Source: the human T2T-CHM13v2.0 reference genome, Homo sapiens. From it: a stretch of 64,000 bases of DNA. The stretch is from NCBI RefSeq assembly GCF_009914755.1, contig NC_060947.1; one strand, written 5' to 3'. Made by a program: the position numbers and the translations under genes. Under the pieces are notes generated by a model. It saw only the letters and a list, made by a program, of their open reading frames with translations, searched no databases and had not been told where the DNA came from. Below are positions 44,667 through 62,334 of the stretch, one piece after another; the first letter of the stretch is position 1; each line of letters starts with the position of its first letter.

Positions 44667-44977
44667 GTTATGCATTTGAATTATAAAATCAAATTAAACA
44701 CATCAGTATTTTATTTTGACCATTTCATAAAACCAGAAATAATTCTAGTTTGCCACCAAATCTTTTAGGGGAGCTATCTAGATAACATAAAGTGTGTGTG
44801 CAAAATATTTACAATACAAACGTAATATTGCTGTTAGAAAACAAGAGCCTGGTGAACGCAAGTCACAAAAGAACACCATCTGAACATACTGACAACCTAG
44901 GAAAGTCAGAAATCAAGTCACCAAGAGCAGTGGTTTAAAATAAGTAGGGTACAAGTCATCCAGTTAACAGGGTTGCT

Positions 44978-45249
44978 AGGGGAGGGGAGGGGAGGGGAGG
45001 GGAGGGGAGGGGAGGGTTAGAGGAGGCGAGGGGAGGGGAGGGGAGGATAGAGGAGGGGAGGGGAGGCGAAGGAATGGGAGGGGAGGGAAGGGGAAGGAAT
45101 GGGAGGGGAGGGAAGGGGAAAGAATGGGAGGGGAGGGAAGGGGAAGGAATGGGAGGGGAGGGGAGGGGAGGAAGGAAGGGAGGGAGGGGAGGGAGAGGAA
45201 AGGAGGGAGGGAGGGAGGGAGGGAGGAAGGAAGGAAGGAAGGGAGGGAG

Positions 45250-45250
<1 letters not shown>
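44978..45250 (+). repeat. polypurine (GGGGA/GGAA)n tract with about 24-bp subrepeat
   Basis: ggggaggggagg... and gaatgggaggggagggaaggggaag repeats. Confidence 0.95.
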
Positions 45251-46290
<1,040 letters not shown>

Positions 46291-46820
46291 TTATTCAAGA
46301 TGAGGCCTCCCTGTTTAGTTCCATCTATTCTGTAGTGGTCCACGATACAGTGGTGAATTTCAGTTTTATTCAAAAGGCACAGGTACTGTTTGAATCCTGA
46401 ATCAGAGGCAGGGCCATGTATCTGCCCCCATGAACACAACTTCCCTGGGGCCGGGCCAGCAGAGAGATGCTTCGTTACAATGATGGTCAAAAAAAAAAAG
46501 GAGAAAAAAGCCCCCACAAAAAAAAAGTTTCCAGAAGCTACACTACCCATACAGAGGAAGATGCAGTTCTTTGCAAAAGCAATCTATCAATATGGTAATG
46601 AGACATTTTCTAAGATTTTCACATGTTCATTAAGTAAAATAATTGCTGCATGTTATATACGAAACCATTTTCGTCCATTTAAATAGACATGATGAATTAA
46701 CCGGACAGTAACATGGTTTGTCAAACTTATAAACAAGTGAATATATGAAATATTTTATCTGTTTTCTTTGAATTAGACTTGCAAATAAAATGACTTTAAA
46801 AGAATTTACTAATATACCGT

Positions 46821-46843
46821 GTGCTGCCAAGAGAGGGCAGCAC
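46821..46843 (+). promoter_or_regulatory. candidate CTCF site
   Basis: gctgCCAAGAGAGGGCAGcac matches the CCASYAGRKGGCRS-type core; lies in apparently unique sequence. Confidence 0.45.
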
Positions 46844-47409
46844 AGATGCTATAAATCAATATTTTAAAAAATCCTGCATCTTTCCTACTCCATGTAAAAT
46901 GCACCTAATTTCCATGTGCCTTATTTTTGGAAATGTAGTACAAGAAATACTATAGGGGAAAATCAGATTGAATGTAAACGCATCATAAAATTTTCCTAGG
47001 AGAGCCCTTTTCTAAAAGCTGCCAGAGAAGAGAGTCATTTAGTGTAAAACTGCCCCCACATCAAGTTTCTCAAAATGCAGACGGTTTTACAATGTTAGGA
47101 GTATAATTAGTGTAATTATCACCTTACCCAACCCCACCACATCAAAGAATATGGAAATATAAAATGTATTTTCTAGGCTTGTCTGACCAAGACAGAAGCC
47201 GATAGCCATGTGCAATCCTGGGTATTTGAAATGTAGCTTGTCTACCAAGGAACGGATGTCATTATCTAATTCTACTTTCATTAATTTAATCTAATTGAAA
47301 AACTGACACTCAGTGTAGTTACCAAAAATCTTTCTGAGTATTTTTCAGCAGCTTGGGCGTGTGAATTTACTTTTTATGACTGTTGATTTTATGAATGTAA
47401 ATTAAAGAT

Positions 47410-48044
<635 letters not shown>

Positions 48045-48054
48045 CTATATATAC

Positions 48055-48920
48055 TTGTTCCAGGCTGAAATGTATCCCTTAAACCTTATATGCTGCAGTC
48101 CTAACCCCCAGAACTTCAGAATGTGACTATATGGGAAAGAGCATCTTTAAAGAGGTCATTAAGGTAAAACGAGGTCACTAGGGTGGGTCCTGATCCAAGA
48201 GGACTGGTGTCCTCATAAGAAGAGGAGATGAGGATACAGACATGCACAGAGGACAATCCTGTGAGGACACAGGGAGGAGACAGCGTCTCCAAGCCAAGGA
48301 GAGAGGCTTCAGGAGGAACCAGCCCTGCCCACACCTGGATCTCAGACCTTAGCCTCCATGACAGTGAGAGGAAAAGGTCTATTCTTTAAAATGCCCAGTG
48401 TGTGGTCTTTTGTCAAGACAGACTGGTTAAATGAATCCAATCATGGAAAAAAAAATACATATACATGTATTATAAGCTGAATGTATGTGCCCCCCGCCAA
48501 AATTCCTATGTTGAAATCATCATCCCCAAAGTGATAGGATTAGGAGGTGGGGCCTTTGGGAGGTGATGAGGTCACGAAGGTGGAGTCTCATGAATGGGAT
48601 GAGTGCCCTTACAAAAGGGGCCCCAGAGAGCCCCCTCGCCTCTTCCACCATGTGAGGACACAGCGAGAAGGCGCCGTCTACGAACCAGGAAGCTGGTTCC
48701 CTCCAGGTACAGAATCTGTCGCACCTCGATCTCGGACTTCCAGCCTCCAGAGCTGTGAGCCATGAATGTCTGCTGTTGAGGCTGCCCAGTCTATGAGTGT
48801 GTGTTAGTGCAGCCCGCACTGGCTGAGACGACATGTAATGGTTCGTTTCATGTGTTGATGGGCCGTGGGGTGCCCAGATGTTTGTTCAAACACTGTTTTG
48901 GGGTATGTCTGTGTGTTTCC
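48055..48920 (+). mobile_element. cluster of MaLR/ERVL LTRs (MLT1, MST/MLT1A-like, MLT2 fragment)
   Basis: cagaatgtgact..ctttaaagaggt..aagccaaggagagagg; ggtggggcctttgggaggtgat..cagcctccagagctgtgag. Confidence 0.75.
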
Positions 48921-48934
48921 AGAAAAGAAACACA

Positions 48935-49790
48935 TATATCATACATGTCATATAGTATGATATAGGTATACTATATATATTATATACTATGTAATATATA
49001 TATTATATATAATATACTATGTGATATATATAATATATATAATATACTATGTGATATATATAATATATATTATATACTATGTGATATATATAATATATAT
49101 TATATACTATGTGATATATATATTATATATTATATACTATGTGATATATATATTATATATATTATATACTATGTGATATATATATTATATATTATATACT
49201 ATGTGATATATATATTATATATATTATATACTATGTGATATATATATTATATATTATATACTATGTGATATATATTATATATATTATATACTATGTGATA
49301 TATATATTATATATATTATATACTATGTGATATATATAATATATATTATATACTATGTGATATATATATTATATATATTATATACTATGTGATATATACT
49401 ATATATATTATATACTATGTAATATATATATTATATATATTATATAGTATAATATGCTATATAATATATATATGTAGTATGTGTAATATATAATACGTAT
49501 AATATATACTATATAGAGTATAGTGATATGTATGATATAGTATGATATAGGTATGCTATATAATATATATTATATATTATAATATATAGTATACCTATAT
49601 GATACTATATCATAGTCATTGTATACTATATAATATATAGTATAATATATACTATACATATATAATACTATATCATATGTACATAAAATATACTATATGT
49701 TATATACAATAATATAGTATTATATATATTTCTATTTAATATACATATATAGTGGAAATATATATATACATAATAGAAATATAGATAACA
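48935..49790. repeat. TA-rich minisatellite, about 30-32 bp unit (TATATACTATGTGATATATATATTATATAT)
   Basis: Near-perfect units at about 48980-49440, degenerate flanks. Confidence 0.95.
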
Positions 49791-49844
49791 GAAAAAAATA
49801 AGTGCACGTGTGTGTGAGCAGGTGTGTATGGAATATTCAATTTG

Positions 49845-50169
49845 GTTTTTTTTTTTGTTTTGTTTTGTTTTGTTTTGTTTTGAGATAGGATCTTGCTCTT
49901 TTACCCAGGCTGGAGTGCAGTGGTATAATCACAGCTCACTGCAGCCTCAACTTCCGGGGCTCAAATAATCCTCCAACCTCAGCCTCCTAAGTAGCTGGGA
50001 CTACAGGGATCCACCACCATAATCAACTTTTTTTTAAATATATATATTTCTGTAGAGACGGGGTCTCACTAGGTTGTCCACAGTGGTCTCAAACTCCTGG
50101 GCTCAAATGATTCTCCCACCTCGGCGTCCCAAAGTGCTGGGATTACAGGTGTGAGCCACAGCACCTGGC
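49845..50169 (-). mobile_element. AluJ with (TTTTG)n tail
   Basis: Dimer. Confidence 0.92.
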
Positions 50170-50537
50170 ATTTAATTTTAAGAGATATTGTATCCTATTC
50201 GATGCAGATCTATTTTATAGTCAGGGCAATTCAAACTTGGATATGACTCATTTCCTCATCATTTCGGATCAATAGCGGATATGTGGTGTTCTGATTTCCT
50301 CCACGGTGCCAGTGAAGGAGACTGACTTCCTGCCCACTGGCTCTTTGCCAGCAATCGCAGCCCACCTAAAACGAGCTGTGGGTCAACCTGGCTCTCTCAT
50401 CCCTGGTTGCAAGTGTCTCCTACACATGAGAGTTAAACTCTGGTTCCCAATCTTTCCCTGCCTGACCTGCCACAACTACCACCACCTTTCTCATTGCCAA
50501 GCAGTGTAGATTCCATCGGAGTTCACGTTCCTCTTAC

Positions 50538-50801
50538 CTGTCTACCAGCTTCTTGGCGAACCCAAAGTCCGTGAGCTTAATGTGGCCATCCCTATCCAGC
50601 AGGATGTTCTCTGGCTTCAAGTCCCTGTAGACGATCTCTTTGGAGTGCAGGTACTCGATGGCACAGATGATCTCTGCAGAGTAGAAGAGCCCCGTGGTGC
50701 TGGAGAAGCGCCCCCGGTTGCGCAGGTAGCTGAAGAGCTCGCCGCCCGGCACGTACTCCATGAGCATGTAGAGGAAGCGCTCGTCATGCCACGTCCAGAA
50801 C
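50538..50801 (-). CDS. PRKX: PRKX coding exon (probably exon 3), 264 nt, kinase core with catalytic loop and DFG
   Basis: Minus strand ...ccccgcag|G TTC TGG ACG...GTA GAC AG|gtaagag. Translates [88 protein letters not shown] (ORF 50534..50767). Confidence 0.97.
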
Positions 50802-50864
50802 CTGCGGGGACAGACAGCACATGCTCAGGGCCCCGCCAAGGCAGGGCAGGGGGTACGCCGTCAG

Positions 50865-52158
50865 CTAGGTGTTGGGGTACAGATGCAGCTAGATACCAAA
50901 ATGTGTGTACAGACAGACAGTAATAGCTGGGGACAGATGTCGGGACATGGAGCACACAGATATCAGCACATGGGTAAAGACGGATGTTAATATATGGGTA
51001 CAGATAGGTGTTCGAATGCACGTACATACAGATGTTACGATGTGCTTAGAGACAGATGTTAGGATATGGGTGTACATCGGGGCTGATACATGGGTGTAAA
51101 CAGTGTTACCATATGGTATTAAATATGGATATAGATATATGTTAGCATATAGGTATAGAAAGATGTTAATATGTAGTTATAGATAGATGTTAGGATATGG
51201 TTGCAGACAGATATTACAATATGGATATGGATAAGTGTTGGAATACAGGTGTAGACAGATGTTAATATGTAGGTATAGAGAGATGTTAGGATATGGGTGT
51301 AGATGGATGTAGACAGGTATTAATATATGGGTGTAGATGGATGTAGACAGGTGTTAGTATATGGGTGCAGATGGATGTTAGATTATGGGTGTAGACAGGT
51401 GTTAATGTATGGGCATAGACAAATAAAATACAGATAGATAAATGTTGGAATATAGGTGTAGACAGATGTTAATATGTAGGTATAGATGTTAGGATATGGA
51501 TGTAGGCAGACGTTAGAATATGGATAGAGATCAATGTTACAATATAGGTGAAGACAGATGATATCTATACGTATAGATGTTACAATATGGGTGTAGATGG
51601 ATGTCAGGATACGGGTGTAGACAGAGGTTAATATATGGACATAGATGTTAGAATATGGGTGTAGAGAGATGTTAACATATAGGAAGAGACAGATGTTACA
51701 ATATGGGTGTAGATGGATAGTAGGATATGGGTGTAGAGAGATGTTAATATACACGTAAAGACAGATGTTAGAATATGAACGTAGATAGATATTAACAGAG
51801 GTATAGAGAGATGTTAGGATATGGGTATAGACGTGTAGACCGGTGTTGCTCTGTGGGTGCAGACAGATATTAGGATATGGGTGGAGGTAGATGTTAATAT
51901 GTAGGTGTAGACAGATGCTAATATATGTGATAGACAGATGCTAAGGTGTGCATACAGACAGATGTTAGGATATGCGTGTGTGTAGATGTGACTCTACAGG
52001 TATAGACAGGTGCTGAGGTCTGCATATAGAAAGGTGTAATTCATCAGTATAGGTAGATGCTAAGACGTGTGTAGATGTTAAGAGGTGTATAATCAGATAC
52101 TGGGATAAGCATATAGATGGACATTAAAGTACAAGTTCCACAGACGTTACATAGATGT
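50865..52158. repeat. degenerate 24-bp tandem repeat (AGACAGATGTTAGGATATGGGTGT-like)
   Basis: gtta(g/a) cores recur 24 bp apart (e.g. about 51141/51165/51189 and 51353/51377/51401). Confidence 0.9.
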
Positions 52159-52512
52159 TGTCTTAGTCCATTCTGGCTGCTATCACAAAAATACCATATA
52201 CTAGGGGGTCTTACAAATAAGAAAAATGTATTACCCTCAGTTCTGGAGGCTGGAAGTCCGAGGTCGGGGCGCCTGCTGATGAACTGCGTGGTAAGGGCCC
52301 ATTCCTGAGGGAAGGGCCCTTCTCGCTGTCCTCCCATGGACCAAGGGGAAACGGGCTCCCTCAGGCCCCTTCACCGAGGGCACTGGTCCTGTTCAGCGGC
52401 TTCACCCTCACGATCTAATCACTTCCCCCAAAGCTCCACCTTTTAATTCCATAGCTTTGGGGGTTACTGTCTCAATATATGAATTTGGAAAGGACGTATT
52501 CAGACAACAGCA
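52158..52512 (-). mobile_element. MST/MLT1A-like MaLR LTR
   Basis: tgtcttagtccatt..gctatcacaaaaatacca..cagttctggaggctggaagtcc..ttcagacaacagca. Confidence 0.75.
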
Positions 52513-52614
52513 GATGTTAAGATATGTGTATCCTGGGACATGGGTAAAAGGTCTCATTGTCTTGGGATGAATGAATAGTAAATATCATGGTCTCATAATA
52601 AACCAGCCAACAGT

Positions 52615-52965
52615 ATGCTATGGGCTGAACTGTGTCCTTCCAATATCCACTGTATTTGGAGACAGGTCATGTAAACAGGTGATTACGGTAAAATGTGGTC
52701 ACTAGAATGGGCCCTATTCCAACAGGACTGGAGTCCTAAGAAGAGGAGATGAGGACACAGACACACACAGAGGGACGACCACGTGAGGACACAGGGAGAA
52801 GACAGCGTCTGCAAGCCAAGGAGAGAGGGCTCAGGAGGCACCAGCCCTGTTAAGACGTTCTTCTCAAAATTCTAGCCTCAAAAATTATAAAACAATAAAT
52901 CAGTGTTGTTTAATCCACACCGTCTATGCTACTTTGTTATGGCAGCACTAACTAACTAACCTACA
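52615..52965 (+). mobile_element. MLT1-type MaLR LTR
   Basis: tgctatgggctgaactgtgtcc..aagccaaggagagaggg..tttgttatggcagc. Confidence 0.8.
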
Positions 52966-53328
52966 ACACACACATCTTCAGAGATCACACCTGATTCAGT
53001 AACCTGGAACTATCATTAAGCCTGAGAATTAACAATAAACTAGCAGACTGCATCCCAAACCTGCTAGGAAAAGGTAGCCCTTTTAAAAAGCCCCAAATGA
53101 AGTATTTCGAAGCACTTGCTTGTGGGAGCTTGCCTGAGGTGCTTCTCCTTACAAAGGTGTTGACTAATGGAAGAAAACGCAGCAATGAGAGATTGAGGAA
53201 GGTGGGGGTAGGGATGAAAGAAGGAACAGAAGATACTGAGGTGCGTCTGTGCATTCAACATCTCAGCACAAGTTACAAATACAGTTTGGAGAGATACGCA
53301 CTGATAATGAAAGAACGTTTTCACCTAA

Positions 53329-53980
<652 letters not shown>

Positions 53981-54371
53981 CTTTGTTTTTGGAGAGGACT
54001 CGGAAGACACCAGCATGCCCGTGTTCCCATGAGCACATGAGCCTTCACCAGTAGAAGACACCCAATAGAATCAGGAGCATAAAGGTCTTCAACCATGACC
54101 AGGACCCGTGCCAGTTTTGTCTCATCTGATCATGATGCTATCACAGATGCTCCCCTGCAAGCTCATTCAAATGAGCTGCACCCCGCTGGTATACAAAGAA
54201 AACAAAATGAGGCCCAGGAAACCTTCCCTGAGGACAGGGAAGGATGCTCAAGGTCGACCGGATGGTCTTGTCTGCTAGCACAGGCCATTCCACCAAAACA
54301 ATGTAGAATGAAGGCAAGGACGTGGGAGACAGCTTGCAATGACACAGAGATTAATGCTAAGAAAAATCATA

Positions 54372-54665
54372 GGCTGGGCACGGCGGCTCAATGCCTGTCA
54401 TTCCAGCACTTTGGGAAGCCAAGGCAGGAGGATCACTTGAGGCCAGGTGTTGGAAAGCAGCATGAGCAGCACAGCAAGATCCCGTCTCTACAATAAAAGA
54501 ATCAGCCAGGCATGGTGGCATCCCAGCAATTCGGGAGGCTGAGGTGGGAAGATCATTTGAGCCCAGGAATTGGAGGCTGCAGTGAGCTATGATCACAACA
54601 TCACTGTACTCCAACCTGGGTGACAGAGCAAGACCTCATTTCTAAAAGGAAAAAAAAAAAAAAAA
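54372..54665 (+). mobile_element. AluJ
   Basis: Dimer. Confidence 0.9.
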
Positions 54666-55046
54666 TAGACACATGCTACTGTGAATTTTAAATGAACATT
54701 TATTTGACTAATCACAATGTTTTTATGTATTAGCAAAAATATGGGCCTCTTATAAAAAAGGCTCTTACCTAACGCACTTTTAAATTTGCAGATTCTGCAA
54801 TGATGCTGGAGGTGGGGGACTAATGACCCACACATACAGGTTGCAGGAATGCCTTCTGCTCTCCACCTTGCTGCTGGATTCCTGCCCCTCAGCAGCTGGG
54901 TGGCTGAAGGGAGCTCAGGAAGCTCAGGGTTAGACATTTCTTCTGTTTTTTTTCCTTCAGTTACTGAAGGCTGTGCACCTGTGTCCCACCTCTCCATTCA
55001 CTTCTTATAGCTCAGCAAGTTCAAAATGTGTGGTCTTGAGGCATAA

Positions 55047-55454
<408 letters not shown>

Positions 55455-56653
55455 TAATATTTCGTGATTAAGCACATGGCATCTCAAATGCATGACAGTC
55501 AAACTGTACTTTTGTGGATGAGCTTAGAAGACAACCATGATTTCATGATTTCACTGTTCTGGTGGGGAAATATTTTCCAAGGTCCAAATACTATCGTACT
55601 AGTGAACTTTTACAATAAACTTCTGTGTCAGCTGGTGACTTTCTAAATTTCTTCAGGGCGCAAGGTGGAAGGAAAATTTAGCTACGACTGACCAGCCAAG
55701 GTGTGATACTGAACATTTGGGGGTAACACTGAGCTCTTGAAAATACCATTAATAGTCAAAGCAATAGCAAGACCACTGTCTACAACTGTTAATTTGGTTG
55801 AAGAGAATATACATGGCTCTACTTCCCTATGGCTCAAATATGTAAGAAAAAGATGGACGCATGCTTACACACACACATACAAACACACTCTCTCTCTCTC
55901 TATCAATTAGCTTGCAACACATTTTTGGATATATCCTGTATCCTCCCCCATCTACCTCACTCTGGGATAATAATCTGCACAGATCCTCTTAAGAATAATG
56001 CATCACCTTGTCACAATGTAGCAGCAGGTCACCTTTCAGGAGCATCAGAGATAATTAACCATGGTGGGAGATTAGAAGGATTTGGGTAGGTTAGAAGCAA
56101 GGAATGAAAGAACTTTGAGGATTACACAGGCATGTAGAATACGCAAGCCCTGACAATACAAACATCTCAGGTTCGGTCACTTGGCTTGCAGGGGAAGTTG
56201 CAATTTCAACCATGGGTAGGATGATCTGTAGAGGAAGAGAGTTAGGGCTTTGTATCAAATGAGAAGAGGAGGGAAGGGACGAGGAGAGGAGGGGAAGGAA
56301 GAAGAGGTGGGGAGAGGAGGAGAGAAAGCAGGGGAGAAAAAGTTACTGCACGAGTGGGGAAAACTACTGAGATGTGTAAGGTTGTATGAAAATACATCTG
56401 TTCCACAAGTGTCTCAGTAAAATCAACATCAACAAACCACAAGGCTTAATAAAGTCACCTAATCAGTATATATGAAATGGAGACATCATTTTTACCTATA
56501 CACTAATGCGGGATCACCCTTCAGCATCTTTAAGAAGTAACAGTTTACAAAGAGAGTTAGCAAGTAAAAACATACTCCTTTAAGAAAAAGAAAAATCTAG
56601 ATAACTGGGATTCTCTTGCCCTTCCCCAAACCAATAAGATTAAGTAAATATTA

Positions 56654-56999
<346 letters not shown>

Positions 57000-57344
57000 G
57001 ACTTTGCTTACGTGGACAGAATTTGTACAGAGCTGGGTATCACTAAAGATAAGGAACAAAATGTTGAAAGAGATACTGACTTTACTATCTCCAAAAAACA
57101 TTCACAAAACTTAAGTCATCATGTGCAGGGGCTGTGGGATAGGACGAGTTTAGTGACCACAGGTGATTTCAAATCTGAGCTTAGAAAATTAGAAACCAAT
57201 GCATCGGTTCAATGATTCCAGTTACCTGAGGGACTCTGCCCCTGACATCAAGTCTATAAAAGTTCAAAAGCAATAGAAGATAAGAGGGTTTATCACAATG
57301 GATATGAGAAGTATGTTCAAGATCTAACACTTACTGTACATACT

Positions 57345-57545
57345 AGCCTCAGCAATCAATGAATTCATCAACACATTAATCAGTAACTCACCAGCCACAT
57401 TCTTTATTGGTTTCCAAATGTTTTGGACAAGGGCCCCTTATGTGCCAAGTAATGTTCTCGGTACATAGTATCAGGAACGGCAGATCTTGTGACTGTCATG
57501 AGCTTTGCAGGCTTGATGTGGAACAGACATTACATAGTAAACTTG
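57345..57545 (-). mobile_element. L2 3' fragment
   Basis: gaattcatcaaca..caaatgtttt..tatgtgccaag..gttct. Confidence 0.45.
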
Positions 57546-57668
57546 GAAGGATGGCTGGAGGGGGTCCTGTAAGACCAGGTAGAAGGTGGGGACAGGGAGG
57601 CAGGGGGCATCTCTGTCCCCACAGCTGAAGGCCAAAGGAAGATTGGGGAGGGACACAAAAGAGCTGGA

Positions 57669-58411
<743 letters not shown>

Positions 58412-58530
58412 TTAGAGATGGGGTCTCACTAAGATGCCCAGGTTGGTCTCAAACTCCTGGCCTCAAGCAATCCTCTCACCTCAGCCTCTGACAGTGCTGA
58501 GATTATAGGCATGAGCCACTACGCCCTGCC
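58412..58530 (-). mobile_element. Alu left monomer, inverted
   Basis: tagagatggggtctcact..gagccact. Confidence 0.88.
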
Positions 58531-58699
58531 TATTTTCACATCAGAAACGTTTGGGCTGATACAGCAGGAAGGGGTGAGTTCAGCAGAGATCGGAGATCAG
58601 TGGAGAGAAGGGGAGGGAATTTAGATAAGCTATGGCAGCTTCTGTGAAGACATCATTGATGTGGATGGGCTCTGGAGATGTGTTTGAGAATTGGAAAGG

Positions 58700-59091
<392 letters not shown>

Positions 59092-59626
59092 TCAAAGAAA
59101 AGGAATAAAAAATGGTTCCTGGGTGAGCCCCAAGAGCTGGAAGGACCACCTATGAAATGGGGAAGTGCAAATGAGGAACTGATTAGGGCTGAGGGGCAAG
59201 GAGGAAGAGCAGGAACTCATTTTTGGTGAGAGGCATCTGAGCAGAAGGCTCAGAGAGTGGTCAAGTGGGCGCACACATGTAGCTTGGCAGGCTGAAGGGG
59301 TGGGCTTGCAGCAGCGCTTGGGAATCTTGAGACCAGCAAGACAGCGAATGCAAATACAGAGAAAGAGGAATGAGAGGGCAGAGGGGCTCCTGTTTCCCAC
59401 TGTGGGGTCCAAGGAAACGTCACCAGGAAGTACATGCCCACAGGCACACAGCCTTGCTCCTAGGGTCACATGCACCCTCCCATCCTCTGCAACACTGCCT
59501 TGCACAGCTGAGCTCCTCTCGAGGAGAAGTGAGGTCACCTCCCCTGCTGCACGCACTGGAAGACCTCCTCCGCACCAGCAGCGCATCCACGGCCCCTTTC
59601 CTCCACTTCCACACCAACATCTGTTG

Positions 59627-59935
59627 TTTTCTTACTTTTTTGTTTTTTTCCTAGATAGGGTCTCGCTCTGTTGTTGCATAGGCTGGAGTGCAGTGGCGCA
59701 ACCATAGATCACTGCAACCTTCAACTCCTGAGCTCAAGCAATTCTCCCACCTCAGCCTCCTGAAGAACTGTGACTATAGGCGTGCAACACCATCCCTCGC
59801 TATTTCTTCGAGCTTTTTGTAGAGACAGGGTCTCCCTATATTGCCCAGGCTGTTCTAAAACTCCTGGGCTCAAGCGATCCTCCTGCCTGGGTCTCTCAAA
59901 GTGCTGGGATTATAGGCGTGGGCCACCATGCCTGG
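59627..59935 (-). mobile_element. AluJ
   Basis: Dimer. Confidence 0.9.
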
Positions 59936-59959
59936 ATTTTTTTGAGTTTTTGTAACAGC

Positions 59960-60370
59960 CATTCCAATAGATGACTGGATAAAGAAAATTTAGTATATAA
60001 AAGTCACAGAAAATGTAGTATATCGACACCACCATAAAAAATAAAATCATGTCTTTTGCAACGACAGGGATGGAACTGGAAACCACTATCCTAAGTAAAA
60101 TAACTGAGACACAGAAAGTCAAATACCGCATAGTCTCACTCAAAAGTAGGAGCTCAACAGTGGGTCCACATGGACACAGAAATGGAAATAACAGATACGG
60201 GGACTCCCAAAAGGGGAAGGCTGGGAAGGGGTTGAGGGCTGAGAAATAACCTATTGGGTACAATGTTCACTATTCGGGTAAGGGGTACCCTAGAAGCCCA
60301 AAGCTCACCATAACATGATACATCCATGTACCAAACGTCCACGTGTATCCCTGAATGTCTAAAGATTAAC
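59960..60370 (+). mobile_element. L1PB-type 3' end
   Basis: aaaatcatgtcttttgca..ctattgggtacaatgttcactatt. Confidence 0.82.
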
Positions 60371-60485
60371 AACAACACAATAATAATACAACTTCTCCTC
60401 CTCAAAATACCCCAGAGGGATCTCCAAGAAAACAAGAGACAAAAATGGTGCATACTCTAGTGGCATGAGGCCAAAACTGCACGGG

Positions 60486-60595
60486 GCGCGCGCGTGTGTG
60501 TGTGTGCATGCATATATGTGTGCGTGCATGTGTGTGTGCACGTGCACGTGTGTGTCCTTGTGTGTGTGCGTGCTTGTGTGTGTGCGTTTGTGTGA
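60486..60595. repeat. alternating purine-pyrimidine (TG/CG/CA)n microsatellite
   Basis: gcgcgcgcgtgtgtgtgtgtgcatgcatatatgtgtgcgtgcatg... Confidence 0.9.
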
Positions 60596-60664
60596 GGGGG
60601 CTTTTTTAACACAAAGAAAAGTACAGAAGGATCCATACCAGGCTGTGAAATAGTTACCTGGCAA

Positions 60665-60896
60665 TGAGGAATTCCAGATCAGCCCAGTCAACAAGGTGAA
60701 AACCCATATTTACTAAAAGTACAAAATTAGCTGGGGGTGGTGGTGCATGCCTGTAATCCCAGCTACTCAGGAGGCTGAGGTGGAAGAATCGCTTGAACCC
60801 AGGAGGCAGAGGTTGCAGTGACCCAAGATCACAACACTGCACTCCAGCTGGGGTGACAGAGCGAGACTCCATCTCTAAAAAATAATAATAATAAAT
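60665..60896 (+). mobile_element. 5'-truncated AluS
   Basis: Partial dimer. Confidence 0.9.
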
Positions 60897-61394
60897 TAAA
60901 ACAATGTATTCAAGCAGCTGAAATCAGGCACTGGACAGATATTTGCCAAACCTTGTTCATAGCAGCATTATTCACTACAGCCAAGAGGTGGAAGGCACCC
61001 CAGTGTCCAAGGATGAATGAATGGGTAAACACAACATGCTGTATCCTCTATACGATGGAATAGTACTCAGGCTTAGAAAGGAGGGAAATTCCTTTCTACA
61101 GGACGGGGGAATCTGAAGGACATTACAGTAACTGAAAGAAGCCAGTCGCAAAAGGACAAATGCCGTATGATTCTGCCTATATAAGGCTCCTAGAATCACC
61201 AAATTCATAGAGCAGAGAGTACGAGGGAGGTTGCCAGGGCAGGGCTGGAGGGAGGGGCAATAAGGCGTGTTTCATGAGGACAGAGTTTCAGTTGGGGAAG
61301 ATGAAAAGGAGTTCTGGAGATGGATGGGGATGGGGATGGGGATGGGGTGGCGGTTGCACAGAAACATGAATGTGCTCCATGCCACTAAACTGTG

Positions 61395-61855
<461 letters not shown>

Positions 61856-61888
61856 GTGAACTGTACATTTTAAAAATGGTTAAAATGA

Positions 61889-62334
<446 letters not shown>

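Noticed and set aside
46815-46845. U6 snRNA pseudogene (tgtgctgcc match)
   Set aside because: Only about 9 nt resemble U6 and the flanks do not continue the match.
59400-59600. Enhancer suggested by adjacent ACGTCA and CAGGAAGT motifs
   Set aside because: Short motifs occur by chance; no supporting evidence available from sequence alone.
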